Positions 7,634 to 14,874 of a stretch of DNA of 40,058 nucleotides are shown here, one piece after another. The stretch's first letter is position 1. Each line of letters begins with the position of its first letter. This DNA comes from Planctomycetota bacterium (lineage in GTDB: Bacteria > Planctomycetota > UBA8108 > UBA1146). The position numbers and the translations under genes were made by a program. Location of the stretch: the NCBI GenBank assembly GCA_015664425.1, contig DQQH01000181.1:1-40058 (forward strand), read 5' to 3'. The notes under the pieces were generated by a model. That model worked only from the letters and a program-made list of their open reading frames with translations. It did not search any database and was not told the DNA's origin.

Positions 7634-10321
7634 ATGTCCATTGCCATTTTGACCCTGGTCACACTTCTTTTCCCGGCAACCCCGGGGGACCCGCTCCAGA
7701 CGGCAGATATCGTCGGAGGAGATGGACCCAAGGGCATTCTGGAGTTCAGGATCGAGGCCCCGAGCGGGGAGGCGACGGCCGCTCGCCTGAGCGTCCTCTC
7801 AAGTTCAGGAAAACCCCCGGCTTTCGCCAACAGGAAGGCTCTCGTCGATGATCTCGCTCTCCGGCCCGGGTTCATCCACACTCTCTCGGGCACCGGGCGG
7901 GTCACTCTTCCCATCGGTGAATGGACCATCTGGGCAAGCCGGGGTCTCGAGTGGTCGGTCGCCCGGGTCGACGTCACGATTGAAGAGGACAAGGTCTTCA
8001 CCTGGGCTCCCCGCCTCGTCCACGAGGTCGATACCCGGGGCTGGGTCAGCGCCGACTTCCACCTGCACACCCTGACCTATTCCGGACACGGCGACAGCAA
8101 CATGAAGGAACGGATCATCAGCGTCGCCAGCGAAGGGCTCGAGGTTGCCGTGGCCACCGATCACAACCATCGCACCGACTACAGTCCGACGATCTCTCAA
8201 CTCGGCGCCGATGGCGTCATCTCGAGCATCGTCGGAGATGAAGTCTCGGTCCCCCTCGGCCACTTCAATGCCTTTCCTCTTCGACCCTGGTCGAAACCTT
8301 TCGACACTGGCTCTTTCCATGGCCCGACCCTCTTCAAATCGATCCGTGAACACGACTCCGGGGAGGGTGTGGTGCCGGTGATTCAGGTCAATCACCCCCG
8401 TTGGAAAGGGATCGACTATTTCGCCCAGGGAGGGCTCGACCCGATCACCGGGTCCTCGCTGGAAGCCCGCTGGAGCAACCAATTCGACAGCATCGAGATA
8501 TTCAACTCGAACGCCGGCTGGGGTTACTACGAGGTAGGAATCGACGATCGAAACACCGGCAAGAGTGGCCATTCAGTTCTGATGGACTGGCACAACCTGC
8601 TCAACAGGGGAATAAAGGTCGCTGCAGTCGGCAATTCTGACAGTCACACCGTGAGCAAGAACCTCGCCGGTTACCCGAGGAACTTCATTGTTTCTCCAAC
8701 CGATGACCCGAAAGAAGTCGCGGTGAAGGATGTGGCTGAGGCGATTCGAAAGGGACAACTCTTCACCACCAGCGGTCCATTCGTCGATCTCAGGGTTGGC
8801 AACCAGGGTCTCGGCGAACTGGTCACCGTCAAGGGCAATGCCGTCCCCATTCGAGTCCGAGTCCAGGCCGCTTCCTGGATCGACTGTGATCGTATTCTCG
8901 TCGTCGTCGATGGCGATGTCGTCGAGGAGATCTCGATCCCTCAAACCCGGGATCCGTTGCGCATCGACGTTCAGCGGAAGATCCCCGTCAATCAGGACGG
9001 CTGGATCGCAGTACGGGTCGAGGGAGACGATTCGCTGGCGCCGATCGTTCCAGACGGTGGCAGACCAATCCTTCCACTGGCGGTCACCAACGCCATCTGG
9101 CTCGATGTCGATGGCGACGGGGAGTGGACCTCACCTCTCGATGGCGCTCGAGCACGCCTCGCCCGTGGCTTTCCCGACACGCAGTCCCTCTTCTCTGAAT
9201 GGCAGATGCGCCAGCCTCTACAGCGATCTGTTCTCCTGCAGGCCGCGGGGTCTGACCGTGAAATCGGTCGGACTCTCGCTCAGTGGGGAATCAATGATGA
9301 CCATCGCAGGGTCAGGATTTCGGCGTGTCGACTCATCGAGCGTCTCGGCGACGATTCTCTCATCGGCAGTCTCAATCATCTCATCGATCGTGGTGGAATC
9401 GATGACTACCAGAGAGTCTCGGCACTGCGAGCCATCGCCGCAGTCGGCGGAGGGGAGGCTGTCCTCGATCGTATCCGCAGCTCAGGGAGCGGGATTCTGG
9501 GATCCCACGCCGGCGAGGTGATCGACCACCTTCCCGGACAATGGATTCGGTCATGGCAAGGCATCGGTTGGTTTCCCGGAGAAGGCGCCGAGGGACTGCG
9601 CGCAGAACAGGGGCCGGAGAAGAACCCCGACCTCCAGCGCCGGTGGACCATCGATGGTGGAGAAGTCTCCTGGCAGCCCATTCAGGGCGATGACCAGGGC
9701 TTCATCGATCTCAACAAGCTTCCGGGGGCACGGGGGAAGGCCGAGAAATCGGTGGCGATCCTGCAGACGTGGCTCAACTCTCCCGAGGCTCGTGTGGTTT
9801 CCTTTACCCTCGGGACCGACGATGGTTGCCGTCTCTTCCTCGGCGATACGATGCTGATCGAGGATACCGGCCAGCATGGGATCGACCCGGTGCAACACAT
9901 CTCCACCCTCTCTCTGACGGAGGGCTGGAACCGCGTCCTGCTCGAGGTTGTGAACGCTGGCGGTGGGTTCGGTGCCCGCATGAGGATCCTCGATCCCGAG
10001 ATCCGGATCGCCCACACCCCGAGACCCGACTCTGTCGGATCCTTGCGCGATTCCAACGAGTTACGGATACGGCTGAAGAGTGATTTCGCCGCGATCCGTG
10101 CCGCTGCAGAGCTCTACTTCGTCGATCGCGGTCGCTGGCCCCTCGCCACCCAGGATCTGGCGAGCACCGGTTACCTCGACTCACCCCCTGAGGACCCATG
10201 GGATCGGCCCTATCGTCTGGAACAGACACCGACACGGCTAACGATCTGGAGCCTCGGGGCGGATGGGGCCGAGGGTGGGGTAGGCCTGGATTCCGACTGG
10301 CAGGATGGCCAGGGCAACTGA
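7634..10321 (+). CDS. secreted multidomain protein: PHP/CehA-McbA-type metallohydrolase, HEAT-like repeats, beta-sandwich, C-terminal T2SS-G (GspG) pseudopilin-like domain
   Basis: The track ORF starts at 7436 but overlaps nagB with a Ser/Arg-rich segment. The ATG at 7634 is preceded by AAGGAGAAAGG and opens with a signal-like MSIAILTLVTLLFPA. PHP motifs are DFHLHTLTYSGHGDS and VAVATDHNH. A HEAT-like region covers ~9280-9480. The last 88 aa (10055..10318) read DFAAIRAAAELYFVDRGRWPLATQDL..GYL...PEDPWDRPYRL....LTIWSLGADGAEGGVGLDSD, which matches the GspG globular-domain pattern. Confidence 0.75.
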   Translation: MSIAILTLVTLLFPATPGDPLQTADIVGGDGPKGILEFRIEAPSGEATAARLSVLSSSGKPPAFANRKALVDDLALRPGFIHTLSGTGRVTLPIGEWTIWASRGLEWSVARVDVTIEEDKVFTWAPRLVHEVDTRGWVSADFHLHTLTYSGHGDSNMKERIISVASEGLEVAVATDHNHRTDYSPTISQLGADGVISSIVGDEVSVPLGHFNAFPLRPWSKPFDTGSFHGPTLFKSIREHDSGEGVVPVIQVNHPRWKGIDYFAQGGLDPITGSSLEARWSNQFDSIEIFNSNAGWGYYEVGIDDRNTGKSGHSVLMDWHNLLNRGIKVAAVGNSDSHTVSKNLAGYPRNFIVSPTDDPKEVAVKDVAEAIRKGQLFTTSGPFVDLRVGNQGLGELVTVKGNAVPIRVRVQAASWIDCDRILVVVDGDVVEEISIPQTRDPLRIDVQRKIPVNQDGWIAVRVEGDDSLAPIVPDGGRPILPLAVTNAIWLDVDGDGEWTSPLDGARARLARGFPDTQSLFSEWQMRQPLQRSVLLQAAGSDREIGRTLAQWGINDDHRRVRISACRLIERLGDDSLIGSLNHLIDRGGIDDYQRVSALRAIAAVGGGEAVLDRIRSSGSGILGSHAGEVIDHLPGQWIRSWQGIGWFPGEGAEGLRAEQGPEKNPDLQRRWTIDGGEVSWQPIQGDDQGFIDLNKLPGARGKAEKSVAILQTWLNSPEARVVSFTLGTDDGCRLFLGDTMLIEDTGQHGIDPVQHISTLSLTEGWNRVLLEVVNAGGGFGARMRILDPEIRIAHTPRPDSVGSLRDSNELRIRLKSDFAAIRAAAELYFVDRGRWPLATQDLASTGYLDSPPEDPWDRPYRLEQTPTRLTIWSLGADGAEGGVGLDSDWQDGQGN

Positions 10322-10330
10322 CCTACGAGG

Positions 10331-12283
10331 TCAGCTACCCGCTGTATTCTCCCTGATGATCTCCCTGCGATCACCGACCCTTCTCGTCTTGCCCAATCGA
10401 TCGAGATGTTCGAGAAGGGGAATCGCGAATTTCCGGGTCGTCTGAAGGACGTCCTTCGCCTCGGCAGCAGTGAACGCTCCCTCGCGGCTGAACAGATCCT
10501 CCAGCAGGCTCACCGCTTCGCCGATCGATTGGCTGTGCAGGATCACATCCGGGGTGATCCTCTCGAGAATTCCCTGGTCGATCAGCAACGACTGTAACCT
10601 CTGCAAGGCAGAAGCGTCGGCGCCAAGAGAATCGCCGAGACTCTCGAGCCGATCCGGTGAGAAGAGCTGACTGCGGTAGTGTTTCTCGAGGCGGTCGAGG
10701 AGAGCCTGCTCATCGGGAGGAAGGGAGACTTTTCTCTCCTTCAGGGTCACTCGGCCACCTCGGAGAACCTCAACGGCCCCCTCCCCCTCGAGATGCCCAA
10801 GCAGCGCATCGAGGAAACTGGCATCGAGGCGAACCCGCTCCCGCAGTTCGAGTGTCGGAACATGGACGCGGTAGGGGTCGGCTCGAAACGCCTGGTCTAG
10901 CGCGTCGAGAACCCGCTCTCCTCCCCGCTCCAGGCCTTCGCTGCTGAAGAACTCCCCGCCCACTCCGACACGGATCACCCCCCTCTCGACGAGACGATCG
11001 AGATGATCCTTCACCTCGTCTTTTCCCAGAGCAGCGCGATGACAGATCTCCTCGATGGATATCTTCTGGAAAGGATCCTCGACCACCACCGAGGCGATGA
11101 ATTCCTCGGGGCTCCCGAGCGCCGCTTCCTTTCGGCTGAGGGCATCGATCACGTGGTCCTTGCCGGTCTTCAGACGCCAGCGTGAACGATCGAGGATCTC
11201 ACCGCCGCCAAGGGTGATCATCGGCGACTCCTGGCGGATCACGTAATGATCCCCAGGAGCGACAACCACGGGGGAGGCGAGACGAACCTGAGCAAGGGCC
11301 TCGTCACCAGCAGCGAGTGACTTGCAATCGAGGAGGTACAACTTTCCGACCTCCTCGGAGGTGCCGGAATGAAAGCGGACCGGCATCTGACTGTAGAGGG
11401 GAGCACGAATCCCCTCCAGAGCACGGAGGCGCACCTCGACCATGGTGGTCGCGCGGAAATACCCCGGAGTCGCTGCGACCATTCCACGATGAACTGCCCG
11501 GTAATCGATGTCAGTGAGATTGATGGCGGTCGAGTGTCCGGCACGAGCCCTGTCAACGGTGACCTTGTACGCCTGCAGCCCTCTGACTCGACCCGATTTG
11601 GAGAGAGGGAGAACTTCCAGACGATCACCAGGTTCGACATGGCCACTCGTCGGCACTCCAGTGATCACAGTCCCATGCCCCCTGGCGGAGAACACCCGCT
11701 GAATCGGCATCCTGAAGACGCCACCCTCATCTCGCGGGGGCAATCCGCGAATGTGGGACTCCACCGCTTCCCGGAGATCCTCGATTCCCTCTCCCGTCTG
11801 TGCGGAGACCGGTATCATCGGAGCATCCTCGAGAAAGGTGCCGCGTACTGTTTCCGCGATTTCCTCCTTGACCAGTTCGACGAGATCTCCTTCGACCAGG
11901 TCGATCTTGTTGACGGCGATGAGCCCCCGGCTGACCCCGAGCAAAGTCATGATGTCGAGATGCTCGCGAGTTTGGGGCATCACCGAGTCATCTGCAGCGA
12001 CCACAAGGATCACGAGATCGATACCACTGGCACCGGCGACCATGTTCTTGATGAAGCGCTCGTGGCCGGGAACATCGATGATCCCGATCGTCTCACCGCT
12101 GGTGAGCTTCATCGGAGCAAACCCGAGATCAATGGTGAGGCCCCGATCTCGTTCTTCGGGGAGGCGATCGGGATCGATGCCAGTGAGATGTTTGACCAGG
12201 GATGATTTGCCGTGGTCGATGTGGCCCGCGGTCCCAACGACGACGTTGTAGATCTCGCCGATGCCGCTATCGGTTCGTGTCAT
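10331..12283 (-). CDS. selB: selenocysteine-specific translation elongation factor SelB
   Basis: G domain [50 protein letters not shown] and NKIDL, followed by a long C-terminal winged-helix region typical of bacterial SelB. I prefer ATG 12283 (purine-rich GAAGGGGG upstream) over the track's GTG 12364, which adds 27 non-conserved residues. Confidence 0.9.
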   Translation of the reverse strand: MTRTDSGIGEIYNVVVGTAGHIDHGKSSLVKHLTGIDPDRLPEERDRGLTIDLGFAPMKLTSGETIGIIDVPGHERFIKNMVAGASGIDLVILVVAADDSVMPQTREHLDIMTLLGVSRGLIAVNKIDLVEGDLVELVKEEIAETVRGTFLEDAPMIPVSAQTGEGIEDLREAVESHIRGLPPRDEGGVFRMPIQRVFSARGHGTVITGVPTSGHVEPGDRLEVLPLSKSGRVRGLQAYKVTVDRARAGHSTAINLTDIDYRAVHRGMVAATPGYFRATTMVEVRLRALEGIRAPLYSQMPVRFHSGTSEEVGKLYLLDCKSLAAGDEALAQVRLASPVVVAPGDHYVIRQESPMITLGGGEILDRSRWRLKTGKDHVIDALSRKEAALGSPEEFIASVVVEDPFQKISIEEICHRAALGKDEVKDHLDRLVERGVIRVGVGGEFFSSEGLERGGERVLDALDQAFRADPYRVHVPTLELRERVRLDASFLDALLGHLEGEGAVEVLRGGRVTLKERKVSLPPDEQALLDRLEKHYRSQLFSPDRLESLGDSLGADASALQRLQSLLIDQGILERITPDVILHSQSIGEAVSLLEDLFSREGAFTAAEAKDVLQTTRKFAIPLLEHLDRLGKTRRVGDRREIIRENTAGS

Positions 12284-12402
12284 GCCCAGGGGCCCCCTTC
12301 TGGTCCAGGAAGTCTGCCGAGGATAGTCCCAACGCCCGCCTGTGCCAAACGCCTCCTCTGGCACCTTGACCCGCAGCAGGGATGTCCCCTAGCATCGGCC
12401 TC

Positions 12403-13266
12403 ATGGCTGTACGCAGAGACGAACTCTTTTGTCGGATTGCTATCCGCCAGGGGGTCCTGAACAAGGAGGAAGCGATCTCCCTCCTCCGGCAGTATCGATC
12501 CGAAGCCGGAAGGGGGATGGAATTCGGTGAGTTCCTCGCAAGGGAGGGGGCCATCGACACCGGTCTTGCCGCCCAGATCGATTCCGCGATCGACCGCCGG
12601 GAAGGCACCGAGGTGATCGATACCCGGCGGCGACTCCCATCCTCGGGAGGAAACCGGGGCGCTGGAGCACGACGACCGGGTGTCGGCCGGGGTCGACGAA
12701 AATCCACCAGTGCTTCCCTCGCAGCGAATCCGATGCAAGCCACCATCTACATTGGGAGCGGAGTCGTCGCCCTGATCCTGTTGATTTTCCTCGCCTTCCA
12801 GTTCCAGAAGAGCAGGCAATTCGAGGACAGTTCTGATGAGAACACCAGTACTACAGTTTCCAGTACGACTCCGAAGGAAGTTGCTGAGAAAGCCGGAACG
12901 GCTACCCCTCCCCCACCAGTGTGGAGCGAGGAAGAACTCAGAAGGATGAACTCGGAAATCGACATGCTCATCTCAGATGTCACGAAGACAGCGATCGAGG
13001 GGCGGTTCGCGGCGGGAATCGCCGATCTGAAACGAAAGAAAGAAAAACTCGGTGGCGATCTGATCCCCGCCGAGATGCGAGAGCGCTTCGATCGTGAGAT
13101 CCAGATGCTCCAGCAGACGATCGATGAAGTTTATCTGGAGCATCTCGAAAAGTTGCGCAAAGCCCGAAGCGAGAACAAGGAGGAGAAAGTCCTCGATATT
13201 CTCGATACGATCGAAAACTCTTGCGGGGCTGCGTATCGGGAACGCGCCGAAAAAGATAGTTCCTAG
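12403..13266 (+). CDS. hypothetical bitopic membrane protein (N-terminal GspE_N/MshEN-like helical motifs, one TM, C-terminal coiled-coil region)
   Basis: It has two tandem motifs resembling the GspE N-terminal repeat (LFCRIAIRQGVLNKEEAISLLRQ and FGEFLAREGAIDTGLAAQIDSAI). A basic linker, one TM helix (IYIGSGVVALILLIFLAFQF) and a charged helical C-terminus follow. The start is ATG 12403 or ATG 12382. Confidence 0.55.
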   Translation: MAVRRDELFCRIAIRQGVLNKEEAISLLRQYRSEAGRGMEFGEFLAREGAIDTGLAAQIDSAIDRREGTEVIDTRRRLPSSGGNRGAGARRPGVGRGRRKSTSASLAANPMQATIYIGSGVVALILLIFLAFQFQKSRQFEDSSDENTSTTVSSTTPKEVAEKAGTATPPPPVWSEEELRRMNSEIDMLISDVTKTAIEGRFAAGIADLKRKKEKLGGDLIPAEMRERFDREIQMLQQTIDEVYLEHLEKLRKARSENKEEKVLDILDTIENSCGAAYRERAEKDSS

Positions 13267-13290
13267 CCTTTCCCAACCGTTGGAGACTCG

Positions 13291-14157
13291 ATGTCCAGGG
13301 ACGCAGAGCGCCTTCAAAAATACATCTCGCGCTGCGGTCACTGCTCGCGAAGGCGTGCGGAGTTGCTGATTGAAAAGGGGCTCGTTCGAGTCAATAGCGC
13401 CATCGTGGACCAATTGGGGACTCGTGTCATCCCTGGCAAGGACCGCGTCACCATCAACGGCGTGAAGATCCGTCTTCCGAAGTCGCTGACGGTGGCCCTG
13501 CACAAGCCAGCAGGTTTCATCACCAGCACACACGACACCCACGACCGGTTGACGGTAATGGACCTCTTGCCGAAGAGAATGATCGAATCAGGTGTCCTGC
13601 CAGCGGGGCGCCTCGATCTTCAGACGGAGGGTTTGCTGGTCTTGACCAATGACGGCGAGCTTCTTCACAGAGTTACCCACCCAAGGTTCGAGTGCGTCAA
13701 GGAGTACTTCGCAATCCTCAACCGCCCACCCTCGACCCGTGAACTGGAAAAACTCCAGTCGGGGGTCTTTCTCAAGGAAGTCGGCAAGGTAACTGCGAAG
13801 GCAAAGTTGACCCACGTCAGACATCGAAAGGACGGAACTGCCACGCTCCATGTGAAAATTCATGAGGGGATGAAAAGGCAAGTCCGGAGGATGTTCGACG
13901 TGGTCGGAATCAAGGTCACCTACCTCAAGCGCCTGGCAATCGGTGGCCTCACTCTCGGAGATCTCGAGAAGGGGCGCTGGCGGCAACTCGCCAGCAAGGA
14001 GGTTCAGCTCCTCACCGGCGATGGCAAGGGCACGACTGCTTCAGGGCAAGGTCCCAGGAAAACGGGAGAAAAGAGAAGAGTCCGACCTGCTGGTTCCATG
14101 AAGCGCCGAAAGCGCAGGAGGAGCGACGGTCCCAGCGGGCAGAGCCGCCACCGGTAG
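13291..14157 (+). CDS. rluB: 23S rRNA pseudouridine synthase, RsuA/RluB family (S4 domain plus catalytic domain)
   Basis: S4 domain ERLQKYISRCGHCSRRRAELLIEKGLVRVN. Catalytic Asp motif GRLDLQTEGLLVLTNDGEL. Basic Lys/Arg-rich C-terminal tail. Confidence 0.8.
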   Translation: MSRDAERLQKYISRCGHCSRRRAELLIEKGLVRVNSAIVDQLGTRVIPGKDRVTINGVKIRLPKSLTVALHKPAGFITSTHDTHDRLTVMDLLPKRMIESGVLPAGRLDLQTEGLLVLTNDGELLHRVTHPRFECVKEYFAILNRPPSTRELEKLQSGVFLKEVGKVTAKAKLTHVRHRKDGTATLHVKIHEGMKRQVRRMFDVVGIKVTYLKRLAIGGLTLGDLEKGRWRQLASKEVQLLTGDGKGTTASGQGPRKTGEKRRVRPAGSMKRRKRRRSDGPSGQSRHR

Positions 14158-14175
14158 CGCCCACGGCGCTACCGG
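14151..14175. terminator. perfect 11-bp GC-rich hairpin between convergent genes (possible bidirectional terminator)
   Basis: CCGGTAGCGCC-CAC-GGCGCTACCGG spans the rluB stop codon and lies 10 nt from the stop of the convergent lipoprotein gene. No U-tract on either side. Confidence 0.3.
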
Positions 14176-14184
14176 CGGCAGTCT

Positions 14185-14619
14185 CTAGTCGAGGGTCAGG
14201 GTCACGTTCCCCGACACATCTTCAGAAGTGATCACTACGTACCACGGATTGAAGAACCCCAGACCAGTCACCGTCTTGGCTTCGAAGTACCCCCCGAAGC
14301 CTATGAACTCACCGGAATAGATCAGTGTGTTGAGGCCATCGTAGATGTCGACTCGTACCGAGCCGCTGAAATCAAAACCCTCGAAATGGACGTAGGCGTC
14401 GAGCAGGCTGTTTTCCCACAGGTACTCGACGCTATCGAAGTGGTGGTGGAATTCCCCGTTCCACTGAAAGAAGAACTCGTCGGCCACCGCCACCGGTACG
14501 TTGATGCAACCGCAGCCATGGTTGTAACAGCCCGAAATCAGGACCAGAGCGGCGACCGAGAGCACCAGGCCCCGGTATCTTCCTCGTACTTTGCTGGTGA
14601 TCGTTGCCAGGGCCCCCAT
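14185..14619 (-). CDS. small lipoprotein, function unknown
   Basis: Basic n-region (KVRGRYRG), hydrophobic core and lipobox LISG|C. The mature N-terminus is CYNHGCGC, and there is a His run (EFHHHFD). The remainder is beta-rich. Confidence 0.6.
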   Translation of the reverse strand: MGALATITSKVRGRYRGLVLSVAALVLISGCYNHGCGCINVPVAVADEFFFQWNGEFHHHFDSVEYLWENSLLDAYVHFEGFDFSGSVRVDIYDGLNTLIYSGEFIGFGGYFEAKTVTGLGFFNPWYVVITSEDVSGNVTLTLD

Positions 14620-14817
14620 CGGCTTCTCCCTTCTCGGATCAGTTGTTGAAGCATTTACCCTACAACTGACCTTACGCAGGTCACCGGTCTCTATTCAGAG
14701 GCAATTCAGATCCAGATCCATCCGGACCGGTTCCGGGGCCGAAACGGCCATTGTCACCGCAACGGACGGCTTCTCGAGGGTCTGGAGCCCTGGTGTGATC
14801 CAGCGTGCCCTTCCTTT

Positions 14818-14833
14818 TGGCTCCCGGTTTGCT
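14818..14833 (+). promoter_or_regulatory. candidate sigma-54 (-24/-12) promoter
   Basis: TGGCTC-CCGGT-TTGCT has correct GG-to-GC spacing (12 nt) and matches 10 of 12 specified consensus positions of TGGCACG-N4-TTGCW. It lies ~42 nt upstream of the ATG at 14875. Confidence 0.3.
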
Positions 14834-14874
14834 CTCCGGGAAGGCCAGGCGATCGAGCCCATGACAGGAAAACC

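Noticed and set aside
7805-8572. 255-aa minus-strand ORF, together with other antisense ORFs inside 7.6-10.3 kb
   Set aside because: They are antisense to the PHP-domain gene and have no recognisable motifs.
8590-8604. TGGCAC hexamers inside coding regions, listed as possible sigma-54 sites (this one, and others near 7065 and 32222)
   Set aside because: The GC dinucleotide is not in the required 12-nt register, and all of them lie inside genes.
11369-12205. 278-aa plus-strand ORF
   Set aside because: It is antisense to selB, whose G-domain motifs are unambiguous.
12357-12372. TGGCACC-TTGA-CCCGC upstream of the 12403 gene as a sigma-54 promoter
   Set aside because: The GG-to-GC spacing is one nucleotide too long. 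The embedded TTGACC fits better as a sigma-70-type -35 box, as noted in the finding on that gene.
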